Shown piece by piece: positions 51,640-64,000 of a stretch of 64,000 nt of DNA (its first letter is position 1; the number at the start of each line of letters is the position of its first letter). Source of the stretch: Callorhinchus milii (Eukaryota). The stretch spans positions 117,430,001 through 117,494,000 of the forward strand of contig NW_024704742.1 in assembly GCF_018977255.1 (NCBI RefSeq), in the 5' to 3' direction. The notes beneath the pieces were generated by a model. It was not told the origin of the DNA and ran no database searches. It worked only from the letters and a program-made list of their open reading frames with translations. The position numbers were made by a program, and so were the translations under genes.

Positions 51640-54600
51640 GCAATTATCATTGGGGACACAATGGTGAATGGATCAGGCAAGACGTTTCTGGAACCAAAGA
51701 CGTGACACTCACATGGTATGTTGCTTCCCTGACGCCAGGGTTGAATACATCATGGAACGGGTGCAAAACATTCTACTGGGGAAGGGTAACATCCAGAAGT
51801 TGTGGTCCATGTTGGGATCCATGACGTAGGGAAAAAAAGGGCTGAAATCCTACAGGAGAGGATATCAAAAGCTATGGAAAAAGCTAAAGAGCAGGACCTC
51901 AAGGTGGTGATCTCTGGATTACTCCCAGTGCCCCGTGCAGGTTCGTCGAACATTGGGACCAGTTCTAGGGCGGGTGGCGGGTGGACGGATTACACCCAAA
52001 CAGGGCTGGGACAAATGTCTTCGCAGGGAGGTTAACTAGTGCTGTGGAGAAGTGTTTAAACTAATTTCGAGGGGGGAAGGGAATCAGGATGTAGCATCAG
52101 AGAGAAGAAATAAGTTACATAGAAGGCTCGAAGAGATGAATAGCAATGCAATAATGAGTTGTCCAGAAAAAGGAGGGATTAGGCAGGGGGAGAAATGCAG
52201 AGCAGAATCAGTCAGTCTTGGAGTGCATGTGTGTAAATGAATGGAGTGTGACAAATAAGATTGGTGAACTGCAGGCTCAAGTTGACACATGGGGTTATGA
52301 TATAATGGCAATAACGGAGACTCAGCTCAAACAAGGGCAAGAATGGCTACAATGTATTCAAGAGGGATATGGAAAGAAAAAAAGGAGTGCGGAGTGGGAG
52401 AGGGGGTGGCAATATTGATCAAAGACATGTTTACAGCCCTGGAAAGAGATGATGTGCTAGAGGGTCCAAAAACAGAATCTATTTGGTTAGAATTAAGGAC
52501 CAGAAAAGGAGCTGTTACTCTGGTGTATACTACAGACCACCAAATAGTGGGAGGGAGATACACAAGCAAATCTGCAAGCAGATTTCAGAAAGATGCAAAA
52601 CCAATAGAGTAGTGATAATGGGGGACTTCTATTATCCTGACATAGACTGACAAAATAATAGTGTAAAGGGCAAGGAGTGGGGAAGGATTCCTGAAATTTG
52701 TGCAGGATAACTTTCTGTATAAGTATGTTTCCAGCCCAGCGAAGAAGGAAGCAGCGCTGGATCTAGTTCTGGGGAATTAAGTGGGTCAAGTGGAGTAGGT
52801 TTCAGTAAGGACAACAATGATCACCACATTATTAGGTTTAGAGCACTTACGGAAAGGGACAAGGAACAATCAAAGGTGAAGAGGGCTAATTTCAGTGAGT
52901 TAAAAAGAGAGTAAAAGAAAGATTGGCAGGTAAAACAGTTAATGAGCAACAGGAAGCCTTCAATGAGGAGATAGTTCAGGGACGGGGACAGACCAAATAC
53001 ATTCCCACAAAGGGGAAAGGTAGGTCATCCAAACTTCCCTGGATGAATAAGGAAATTGGGATTAAAATAAAACAGGAGAAGGAAGCTTATGGTAAATGTC
53101 GGGTCCAAAATACAGAAGATAATCAAATAGTATATAGAAAGTACAGAGGAGAACTGAAAAAGGAAATAGGAGGGGCAGAGAGATTGTATGAGAAAAGATT
53201 AGCGGGTAACATAAAAGGGAACCCTAAGATATTTTATAAGCATATAAAGAATAAAAGGTTAGTCCTTAATTGGACCCACCAACGAGGAAATCTTCTTGTG
53301 GAGGCAGAGGGCATGGCTATGTACTGAATGAGTAATTTGCATCTGTCTTCACAAAAGAAGAGGGTGCAGCCAATGCCACAGTAGCAGAGGAGAGGGTAGA
53401 GAAATTGAATAAGATAAGAATAAACTGACAGGAGGTACTAAAAAGGTTAACGGTGCTCAAGGTAGATAAGTCATCTGGTCTGGACCGGATGCTTCCCAAG
53501 TGACTAAGGGTTGAAATAATGGAGGCTGCAGCCACAATCTTTCAATCTTCCTTGAACACCGGGTGGTGCCAGAGGACTGGAGGATTGCAAATGTTACTCC
53601 CCTGTACAAAAAGGGGCAGTAACTATAGACCAGTCAGTTTAAAATCAGTCGTGAGGAAACTTCTGGAGACTATAATCTGGGACAAAATAAATTTTCACTT
53701 AGAAAAGTATGGGTTAATAAAGGATGGCCAACAAGGATTTGTTAAAGAAAAATTGTGTCTAACAAACCTGATAGAGATTTTTAATGAAGTAACAGAGAGG
53801 GTGGATGAAGGTAGTGCAGTTGATGTAGTTTATATGGATTTTCAAAAGGCGTTTGATAAAGTGCCACGTAAGAGACTTGTAAGCAAAATAGAAGCCCACG
53901 GTATTAAAGGGACAGTGGCAGCATGAATACAGAACTGGCTGGGATACAGAAAGCAAAGAGTGGTTGTGAACGGTTGTTTTTCTGACTGGAGGGAAGTGTG
54001 CAAGTGGTGTTCCCCAGGGGTCGGTATTGGGACCACCATTGTTTTTGATCTATATAAATGACCTGGATTTGGATCTAGGTATTGGGTATCTTTCAAACAC
54101 AAATTTTCTTTTAGGAAATAACATTATGCGATATAGTACAAAGGTAGTTTGGGACATATGTGCATGCGACTGCCAAGAAGGTGGAAGGTGAACTAGATGG
54201 ACCTTGGTCTTTTTNCATCTAGCATTTTTTATGTTCTTATAGGGAGTACAAATTTGAAGTTTTACAAATGATATTAAGCTAGGAAAAGTAGTAAACAGTG
54301 AGGAGGATAGTAGCAAACTGCAAGAGGACATAGACAGACTGGTAAAATAGGCAGATACGTGGCAGATGAAGTTTAATGTGGATAAATGCGAAGTAATGCA
54401 TTTTGGGAGGCAGTATGAGGAGAGGCCACATAGAATCTTAAAGGGGGTGAAGGAACAGAGAGACCTGGGGGTTCATATAAATAAATCTTTGAAGGTGGCA
54501 AGACAGGCAGATAAAGCTGTTAAAAAAAGCATACGGGATACTAGGCATTATAAATACGAGCATAGAATACAAAAGTCAGGAAGTTATGATGAACCTTTAT

Positions 54601-54920
54601 AAAACATTGGTTCAGCCTCAGCCAGAGTACTGTGTTCAGTTCTGGGCACCACACATTAGGAAGGATGTCAAGGCATTGGAGAGGGTGCAATGGAGATATA
54701 CCAGGATGGTTCCAGGAATGAGAGACTTCAGTTATTAGGAGAGGCTAGAGAAGCTAGGATTATTCTCCTTGGAACAGAGAACGTTAAGAGGAGACTTAAT
54801 AGAAATTTTCAAAATTATAAGGGGGTTCAAGGAGAAGCTATTTCCGCTGGTGGGTGGGTTGGTAACCCAAGGACACCTATTTAAGATAGTTGTTAAAAGA
54901 AACAGAAGGGAGGTGAGGAG
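51640..54920 (+). mobile_element. Long decayed CR1 LINE: SGNH-esterase-type ORF1 remnant, APE endonuclease, RT
   Basis: VVHVGIHDV and VVISGLLPVPRA (esterase); MAITET, GVAILIK, ESIWLEL (APE); YMDFQKAFDKVP (RT); many stops and frameshifts. Confidence 0.88.
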
Positions 54921-55990
54921 AGCTTTGAGAAATGTGCCTGACTTGGGATGTGAAACCACAACCTTCTGACGCAGAGGCGAGAGTGCTACCACTGAACCAA
55001 GTTGACGCACATGGATAGCAAAGGCATGTAGGAGCTGCCAAATGATGTATTTAACTTATGCTTACAGAAAGAAGAATGACAAGGAACCTGCTGGGTGGCA
55101 TGAATATTGCTGAAGATCTTCCTCTCTTTGCCTGTGCCGTTGGTTATCCTTGTAACCCCCCATCACCCTTGGGCCTTGACCCCTCTTGAATCCAAACCCC
55201 AACTCGGATGTAAACTCTTGACTGTCCAGTACCTTGGGACATAACTCCAACGTGAAAGGCACAACACAACTGCAATTTGTTGTTGTTGAAGACCATTGGA
55301 ATGTCATGACAATTTGTGTGTGGATCTGTCAAGTGAAAGAATTATAGAGAAGATACAAAAGGCGGGTTGGTATGAATAGCCCATGGGATAACTGTATTCA
55401 GACATATACCGTGAATGCTCTTGATTATGTAATTATCCAATTAAATGAATTACACAACAATGTGCAATTATATAGCACCTCTCACACAGTGTAGCATCCC
55501 AGAGTGCTTTACCAAACCACCTGTAATGTTTTTATTGATGTTTACCTATATACTTAAGGACACTTGTAACAAGGGCTCATGGTTAGCTCCTTAGACATTA
55601 GCCCGTTAAATATTTCAGATCCCAGTGCCAGTGCGAATGGACAGGTAAGGAATTCAAACTCAATGCAATACAGATTAATACTGAGAAAACACTTTTCTAG
55701 TATTGTACGAAGATTTGTACCTTTATAAATAATTTCTGTTAAAAAGAATGTTATATTCATGTAAAAGATAAATCCTTTTACAGATAGAAGCTTCTACAGC
55801 CATCTTATGTAATACTGGTGTCCAAATCCCATTGTAGTATATTGAATGGAAGGAAAACTTAATAAAATGCCCTGGATTAACCTGACATCTACTGATCATT
55901 AGGTGAGATTCTGATGTGCCATTTGGGTCAACATTATGCAACAAAGTCCTTCAAAAGTACAAGATAGAGTTTGCTGTATATCAAACATAC

Positions 55991-56153
55991 TGTTTGCAAT
56001 TCTAACGATCTTAATCTCTGGCATTGCAACAGTTGTTCAAATAAAATAAAATGTTTTAGCGCTTTGCTTTGGGCAATCCAATAGCCGTTGAACGCCATCA
56101 TGATCTTATGAAGGTTTGCGAACATGAACTGAAGTAATGGCCTCGCACTGAAT
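55991..56153 (-). CDS. Candidate exon of an unrecognised minus-strand gene (FSARPLLQFMFANLHKIMMAFNGYW...LELQT), phase 2 to 0
   Basis: Acceptor ttgttcacatttgccctag, donor ACA|gtatgt, 54 open codons in non-repeat AT-rich DNA. Confidence 0.45.
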
Positions 56154-56264
56154 CTAGGGCAAATGTGAACAACTGAAATCATTGATGCCTTTTAGGCTCA
56201 GTTCCAAATTTTGGTTTTACTCATGAAAATAATCAAGCTGAGCTTCATCCAAATTTTTTAATTG

Positions 56265-57345
56265 AACCTGGTGAAAGTGTCAAATCACATTATGTCCATC
56301 TACATCCAGGGCTCCCTCTGCTTCCTCGTCCTCCTTGAACTCTCTGCTGCCTTTGACACCTTGACCACTCTATCCTCATCCACCACCTCTCCTCTCACAT
56401 CAACCTTCATGGTTCTGTCCTTGAATGATTCAAATCGTACCTCTCATACCTCCTCCACTTCATCTCCACAAACGGTTTCTCCTCTAGCACTTGCACAGTC
56501 ACGTGCGGCGTTCCTCAGAGATCTGTCCTTGGTTCCCTCCTCTTCAATATCTAAATGCTTTCTCTTGGTGACATCATCTGCAGACATGGGATCAACTTCC
56601 ATATGTATGCAGATGCTACCCAACTGTACCTCTCTGCTTCAACCCTTGACTCCACGATCACTGCTGTCCTGACAGAATGTCAGTCAGACATCAAGTCCTG
56701 GATGAGAGCAAACTTCCTTCAGTTGAACGTCAACAAGACCGAGGCTCTCCTGATTGGCTCCTGTCAGTGCCTCCACACCTCAGGCACTGACAGCATCACC
56801 ATCCATGGATGCACACTCCACCTTACTAAGCCAGTCTTACCTTGGGTTCCTGTTTGACCCTCAACTATCCTTTTTACCCCATATCTGCGCCATGACCCGC
56901 TCTGCCTTCCCCCACCTACCCAACATCGCTTGGCTCCACCACTATCTCATGCTGCAGGCCACTGAAACCCTCATAGATACACTCATAACATTGAGGCTTG
57001 ACTAAGCAAATTCATTGTTTGTCCGCCTCCCCAACTTCTCCAACCATAGGCTGCAGATCATCCAGAACTCTGCAGCCTGTGTCCTCTCCCACACCAGGCT
57101 CCATGACCTCATCACCCCCATCCTCGCCCGACTTCAGTGGCTTCCCATCACAACAACAACAACATAATTACATTTGTAGAGCGCCTTTCACGACGGGAGG
57201 ATGTCCCAAGGCACTGGACAATCAGCTGGGGGTCAAGCTGGGGGTCAAGATTGGGGAGGGTGGAAAGCAGAAGGGGAAGGAGGAAACATAGAGGATACAG
57301 TTCAAGATCCTGGTCCTCACCTTCAAAGCCCTCCATGGTCTTGCT
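56265..57345 (+). mobile_element. L2 fragment with an antisense L2 3' end nested at about 57150-57286
   Basis: Host sequence ..cttcccatcaca resumes as ..agaggatacagttcaagatcc after the insert. Confidence 0.8.
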
Positions 57346-57784
57346 ATCCCCTACCACTGCAACTACCACTGAAACACTGACTGTTCAGCGGTTTGGGACA
57401 TTTTCCCAATATGAAAGACGCTATACAAATGTAATTTTGTTGTTGTTGTTGTAAATGACTCACTTTTAGGCAGGCTTATTTCTTTCCTTAAATTTTCGGT
57501 GAAAAAGCATTAAAAAGACCATCTAAAAAGGGAGTGAGACAAGAATCTTATAAAATTGGAAGCAAATAACTACTGATTACTTCAACAACGAGATTACGTT
57601 TGTATAGCACCTTTCACGTCGGGAGGACGTCCCAAGGCACTGATATGACACAATTACAGGCTGGATATGATGCAAGTTTGTAACCTTGGAGCCAGTTCAG
57701 CTCCAAGGAGATTCCTCTTACCTTTCCCCCAAGGCGGATAATAATAACAATAATAATAATAATATAATAATCCCTTTTTATAGC

Positions 57785-58998
57785 ATTTGTCCTCCTCGAC
57801 CTCTCTGCCACCTTCGACACTGTCGACCACTATCATCCTCATACACTGCCTCTCCTCACTTAATCTTGTGGACCTGCCCTTGCTTGGTTCAATTCCTATC
57901 TCTCTCACCATCTCCACTTTGCTGCTTCTACGGTTTCTCCTCCAGCCCCCACACTGTCATATCTGTCGTCCCCAAGGGCTCTGTCCTTGGCCCTCTCCTC
58001 TTTAATATCTACATTCTCCCCCTTGGTGACATCATCCGCAGACATGGGGTCAACTTCCATATGTATGCGGATGACACCCAACTCTATCTTTCTGCCTCCA
58101 CCCTCAACTCCAGGACCACTGCTGCCCTGACAGACTGCCTGTCGGACATCAAGTCCTGGATGAGGGCAAATTTCCTACAGTTGAACGTGAACAAGACTGA
58201 GGCCCTCCTGATTGGCTCGCGACAGCGCCTCTGGACCTCAGGCTCTGGCAGCATCAACCTCCATGGTTGCACACTACAATTCACCAAGCCAGTCAGGAAC
58301 CTAGGTGTCTTGTTCGACCCTCAACTGTCTTTTCTTCCCCACTTCTACGCCATGACCCGCTCTGCCTTCCCTCACCTCCATAACATCGCCCGACTCCGCC
58401 ATTACCTCACCCCTCAGGCTGTTGAAACTCTTGTTCATGCCTTCATCACCTCCAGGCTCGACTATGCAAATGCCCTACTTGTCGACCTTCCCAACTCCTC
58501 CCTCCACAGGCTGCAGGTAATCCAGAACTCTGCAGCCCATGACCTCTCCCGCAACAAACTCCGTGACCCCATCTCCCCCACTCTCGCCCGACTCCACTGG
58601 CTCCCTATCCTCCAGGATCAAAATCCTGGTCCTCACCTACAAAGCCCTCAATGGTCTCGCCCCACCCTACCTCTGTGACCTCCTAACCCCCTACCAACCC
58701 GCCCACTCCCTCCGCTCAGCAGGCCTCTGGCCTGCTCCACATCCCCCGACCCACCCGCCCCAACATTGGCGGGAGAGCCTTCAGCCACTCTGCCCCCAAT
58801 CTCTGGAACTCCATCCCCCAATCACTCCACCTCACCCTCTCCTTAGCCTCTTTCAAGTCCCACCTCAAAACCCTCCTCTTCGACCCCTCCATTCTCCCGC
58901 CTGACCCCTGCTCGGGTCTGAAATGCTGTACACTGTCCAGCACCTTGGGAAGTCCTCCTGACGTGAAAGGCGCTATACAAATGTAATCTTGTTGTTGT
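57785..58998 (+). mobile_element. L2 LINE 3' part
   Basis: [20 protein letters not shown] motifs; (TTG)n tail. Confidence 0.9.
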
Positions 58999-59652
58999 TA
59001 TCACTTCATTGAGACATCGCAAACTAGGTCAGTTCGGTATTAAACTATACCATTGTTAAGCGCTCCAAGATGCTACACTACGTGAAAGTGCTATATAAAT
59101 GCAAGATGTATTTGTAAGTGAATGCAGCAGCCAACTTGCACACAGCAAAGTTCCCAAACAGCCACAAAGCGATTGACAATTTACTATTGAGGATTGTTGG
59201 CCAGGATAGTCAATTGTCAGTTACTTGACATCTAACAAGCACAGATTCTATATAACTTATTATCCCAAATCAGACCCTGTATTGGAATGGTTCTATTTTT
59301 ATAATGCCTTATTATATCAACATCTCACTTAATTACTGCCAACAGCACTGACTGTTTTTATAGACAACCTCTCACATAACAGCTATGAGGTGAATATCCA
59401 AAAATCTGCAGGATTATTAACTGGGACACTTGGAGAAATTCCCTTTCATATGATGTTATGGGATCGTTAATGTCCACCTGAACAGGCATATGGAACCTTA
59501 GTTCTACATCTCATCTGAAAGACAGCACCTCTGACAATGCAGTGCTCCCCCAGTATTGTACTGGAATGTCATCTCTCCATTTTAAGGACTAGAAAGCTCA
59601 AGACCTTAAATGCTGAGCCTGAATCCACCATCTTCTGACCTAGAAATTAAAA

Positions 59653-61242
59653 ACTGCCATCATCACGCCCACCCTGAAAAAACCCTCCCTTGATGCGTCG
59701 CAGCTATCAAGTTACCGGCCCATCTCCAACCTCCCCTTTCTCTCCAAGGTCTTGGAAAGAGTTGTCGCCTCCCAACTGCGCTCTTTCCTTTCCACCCATT
59801 CTCTTTTTGAACCCCTTCAGTCAGGTTTCCGTGCTGCCCATAGCACAGAAACTGCCCTGGTCAAGGTCACCAATGATATCCTGACCATCTGTGACCAGGG
59901 CTCCCTCTGTCTCCTCGTCCTCCTCGACCTATCGGCAGCATTTGATACGGTCGACCACGCTATCCTACTCCACCGCTTGTCCTCCCACCTCAACCTACAA
60001 GGCACTGTCCTTGAATGGTTTAGGTCGTACCTTTCTCACCGTCTTCATTTTGTCTCGACGAATGGCTTCTCCTCCACCCCCCGCACTGTCTCATGTGGTG
60101 TCCCTCAGGGCTCTGTCCTCGGTCCCCTCCTCTTCACCCTCTATATGCTCCCCCTTGGTGACATCATCCGCAGACATGGAGTTAACTTCCACATGTATGC
60201 GGATGACACCCAACTCTACCTTTCCTCCTCTACTCTCAACTCCACGACCACCGATGTCCTGACAGCTGCCTGTCCGACATCGAGTCCTGGACGAGAGACA
60301 ACTTTCTTCAGCTCAACGTGCGAAAAACCGAGGCCCTCCTGATTGGCTCACGTCAGCGCCTCCGCACCTCAGGCGCTGACACCATCAGCATCCAAGGCTG
60401 CACTCTCCACCTCTCAAAGCCAGTCAGGAACCTTGGCGTTTTGTTCGACCCTGAGCTGTCCTTTCTCCCTCACATCCGCACCACAACTGGCACCGCCTTC
60501 CATCACCTCCGGAACATCGCCAGACTACGGCATTACCTCACCCCTCACTCTGCTGAAACCCTGGTTCACGCCTTTGTCACCTCAAGGCTGGACTATGGGA
60601 ACTCTCTCCTCGCCGGCCTTCCCGCCACCTCCCTCCACAAGCTGCAGGTCATTCAGAACTCTGCAGCTCGTGTACTGTCCCGCACCAGGCTTCGGGACCA
60701 CATCACTCCCACCCTCGCTCGCCTCCACTGGCTCCCCATCCCCCAGAGGATTGATTTCAAGATCCTCATCCTCACCTACAAGGCCATTCACGGCCTTGCT
60801 CCCTCCTACCTCTCCAACCTACTATCCCCCTACCTACCTGCCCGTACCCTCCGTTCCTCTGGCTCCGGTCTGCTCCACGTCCCCCGCCCCAACCGCCCTA
60901 CCATCGGTGGTCGGGCCTTCAGCCTCTCAGCCCCCAGGCTCTGGAACTCCATCCCCCAGTGCCTTCGCCTTGCTTCCTCCCTTTCCTCCTTCAAGGCCGG
61001 TCTCAAAACCTTTCTCTTTGACCGAGCCTTCAGCTCCCCTCTCGACTCTCTTCCCCCTCCTCGCTCCCTCCCTTCCCTCCCCTCACCCTGACCATTTCCC
61101 CCCTCCTCGCTCCCTCCCTTCCCTCCCCTCACCCTGACCATTTCCCCCCTGCTCGGGTCATGACCCAACTGTGCAGCGCCTTGGGACGTCCTCCTGACGT
61201 GAAAGGCGCTTTATAAATGGAATCTTGTTGTTGTTGTTGTTG
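59653..61242 (+). mobile_element. Young L2 LINE, 5'-truncated, one frameshift near 60265
   Basis: Near-intact RT (ORFs 59752..60342 and 60318..61091); tandem duplication in the 3'UTR (about 61052-61148); (TTG)n tail. Confidence 0.92.
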
Positions 61243-62129
61243 TAGAAGTGCAGAATGCTATGAACTGAACCAAATTGACACCACAAAGACTCCCACAGCT
61301 TTATTTAAACTGGTTTCTCGGAAAATGCCTATGCCTCCCTGCACATGTCAAAAAAAATTACACGTTAACATTAAAACCTCATTGCAGAATTTCAGGTCTC
61401 TGACCTGTTGTAACTCCTGTGGGAAAAACATGAAAGCCTCTTGAACTATATTAAACTTTGCTGTTATACGGCAGGACAAATCATTTAATGTCATGCTGTT
61501 GTTGTCTCTCAGCCAATTTAAATGTTAGGATTATTAACAATAAAATAAAATCTAATAATCCTTGCATTTCATATTGCAGCTTATTCGGTCAAGATGTCTC
61601 ATTTCACAAAAGTTTTCTGGAAATTGTAATGATTGCATTTGTAGAGGACCACAGCAGCCAATTTGGACGCAGCAGGAATGAAGCCAAACTGAATGTCTCC
61701 ACAGCAACTTTCCTGATCTTTCAAAATGGTTTTCAAAGAACTTTGAATCATATGAAAAACAATCTCTCGTGATCCCTAGACAGTAGCGTTTTCAGACGTG
61801 ACACTATAGAGCTCGTACTCATCTCAACTTTTTATCAGCCTGTACTCACTTTCAGAAATAAAAGGATATCATTGCTACTTCATGAATAATTTGATTCTTT
61901 ATTTTTGTAAGTACAAAGAGGCTATTATTCTGTAATTAACTACAACAAAATAATACATGTCAGGCCACCATTAAGCTGCAGTCTTACTGCTATCTAATAT
62001 AAAGTACACTGAAATTAGTACCGGAATAAAAGCAAATACAGGCTCAGTGTGTGGATAGGCCATGGTTACATTTTCTATTCATTCAATTTATAGGGTTAAA
62101 AAAACTCTCAAACTGTTCCAGGGTAACTG

Positions 62130-62378
62130 CTGAAACCTTGGGCAAGTTTCGTTACTCCACATGCCTAATAATAATCCCTCCAAAACCAAAAACAATAATA
62201 AAAATTCGTCATTTTCAATCTACGACTGTTTGTGGGACATTGCTGTGCGCAATTGGCTGCCACTTCGCCCACAAATATACAGTCAATTCACTTTACAGTG
62301 TGTTCTGTGAAGCGCTTTGGGACATCCTCCCGACGTGAAAAGCGCTATATCAAATGCAAGGATTATTATTATTATTAT
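62130..62378 (+). mobile_element. Young SINE, 5'-truncated
   Basis: SINE consensus. Confidence 0.85.
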
Positions 62379-63816
62379 AGAACTTCATAGTACATTCAGA
62401 CCATCATTAAACCGAAGTCTCGTCTGCCTGTTCAGGTGGATATTAAGATTTCCCCAGTACTATATGAAAAGAAAAGGGAATTTTTCCTGGTGTTCTGGCC
62501 AACAATCAATCTCCCCCCACAATACTGTATACATAATACTATATAATCTTAGAACTGAAGAAAAATTGCAGAACAATGGGAGGCTATTTGGCACATATCT
62601 GCGTTCATTGATAGCTCCACACTCCCTCTTCTCCATTCATTAAAACTATTTACTCTAATCTCCATGTTCTTTCTCTGTAACTTATAATATTATTTTTCCT
62701 CAAGTTTTTATCTACTTGTGTTATAACTGTTGGTCTGGACTCAGCTTCTACAGCCATTTTGAGCAAGGCCTTTGTAATTCAAACAATTTTCTATGTAATA
62801 ATAATTGAATCAACAATTCAAAATGGGATAAAATAACTGAGAGAAGTTAAGTCTCTTTCTTCCCTGTCGTGCCAGAATAATTATTTGACTCAAAACTACG
62901 TAGCTTGTAGAACTGGAGAAAAGCAAATAAATTGTTCAGCAAAATATGTTTGAAGAGAGATTTAAGACGTGCCTAGTTCAGTGAACTAAAATTCTTCAGG
63001 ATACACTGTGGCTAGTAAAAATATGCGACTATAGGATTTTTGTCCATATGTTATTTAAAATTAAGTCTTTAAGAAAACGCAAAACCTATCAATTGTAACT
63101 TTGACTATCTTCCCATACTCCCCCCCCCACCACCCACCCCAATCTACCTTCCTTTATGTAAAATACTTTGGGATATTCTCCAATGTGAGAGGCATACAAG
63201 TGCAAATTGTTATTGTCAAATAAAACTTTTTTATTTACTTTGTGATGGGTGATCTGTGGTAACCCCTGAAGATATAATGCATGAGACCGTTAAATGTGAC
63301 TGTTTGTTTTGAAGTTTATACAAAAGCGCACGCAGATTGCATTATTGGAATGTGAAGAGACGTTTTGAACTATAATGAACTTTATTAGTCCAGTTGTGGA
63401 TATTAGGGGTAACTCCAGGTTAGATTTGTTATTGTATTGGGGGCATCTGATCTACTTCACATCTTGCTGTTAATGTTGTAGATGATATCTAAACATGAAT
63501 ATGGTTAACCATCAATAGAAAATTTCAAGCAGACCATGCTGCGGAAATCTTAGAGCATCTTTGAACCAGATTGAACTTCATTGGCCCACCTGTTTATATG
63601 GGTTACTCTAGGTTATCATTCTCCACTGAGATTGCAGGAACATCAGGATATCTAATCTTAGATGATGTCTAGGTCACAGTCAACGTTAATTAAAATATTT
63701 ATACAGGGTGGTAAAGGAATAAAGGTGATTTCATATCTCGAAACCTTTTTGAGGAAGTATCTCATAGGAATTGCCTTGTGTGAGAAATACTTAACATGTC
63801 TTTGAGAGCCATTGTG

Positions 63817-64000
63817 GAGCCCTGTAGCTCAGAGGTTAGAGCACTCGTCTCTCAAACGAAAGGCCTGGGTTCAATTCCCGGCAGGGCGAAACCTTGGGCA
63901 AGTTTTCTTACTCCACACGCCTAATAATAAAACCTCAAGAAAAAAAAACAATAATTGACTCACTTTCCTTTCTCCATAGATACTGCCTGATCTGCAGAGT
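63817..64000 (+). mobile_element. SINE 5' part abutting a Penelope terminal-repeat fragment (from about 63955)
   Basis: SINE head; ttgactcactttcctttctccatagat matches 18197 onward. Confidence 0.75.

Noticed and set aside
47042..56113. Possible plus-strand exons near 47042, 50591, 51015, 55619 and 56060
   Set aside because: Could not be chained without stops; weaker splice sites than the overlapping minus-strand model
57686..61137. Long ORFs (330, 196, 257, 264 aa) as host genes
   Set aside because: L2 reverse-transcriptase fragments and their shadow frames
28000..64000. Expected syntenic neighbours S100Z and CRHBP
   Set aside because: No EF-hand/S100 or CRHBP-like exon recognised by eye
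1..64000. CRISPR arrays or prokaryotic/viral systems
   Set aside because: No regularly spaced repeat-spacer array; the recurring 60-70 bp units are dispersed LINE/SINE 3' tails

Overview
Repeat-rich vertebrate genomic DNA. The SINE, L2, CR1 and Penelope repertoire suggests a cartilaginous fish, possibly a chimaera (inference). The first 29 kb hold a tandem protease-activated receptor (PAR) cluster on the + strand. It has two PAR1/F2R-like genes (copy A: exon 2 only, exon 1 outside the window; copy B: complete, 2 exons) and one complete 2-exon PAR2/F2RL1. The two PAR1 paralogues share an almost identical 7TM-coding block (15 differences in about 928 nt by my count, with 524 nt identical). Their N-terminal protease-sensing ectodomains are unrelated and their C-tails diverged long ago, which points to gene conversion keeping one signalling core behind two different protease sensors. 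PAR2 appears to have only a 2-3 residue pro-peptide and shares the tethered-ligand start SFAG with PAR1-A. Between 32 and 57 kb I find a phase-compatible chain of minus-strand exons that may be an unrecognised gene. The rest is mostly retroelements: tRNA-head SINEs sharing a 3' tail with L2, L2/CR1/Tx1 LINE fragments, and a Penelope-like element with inverted terminal repeats carrying decayed hammerhead ribozymes. All alignments were done by eye and no database searches were run.
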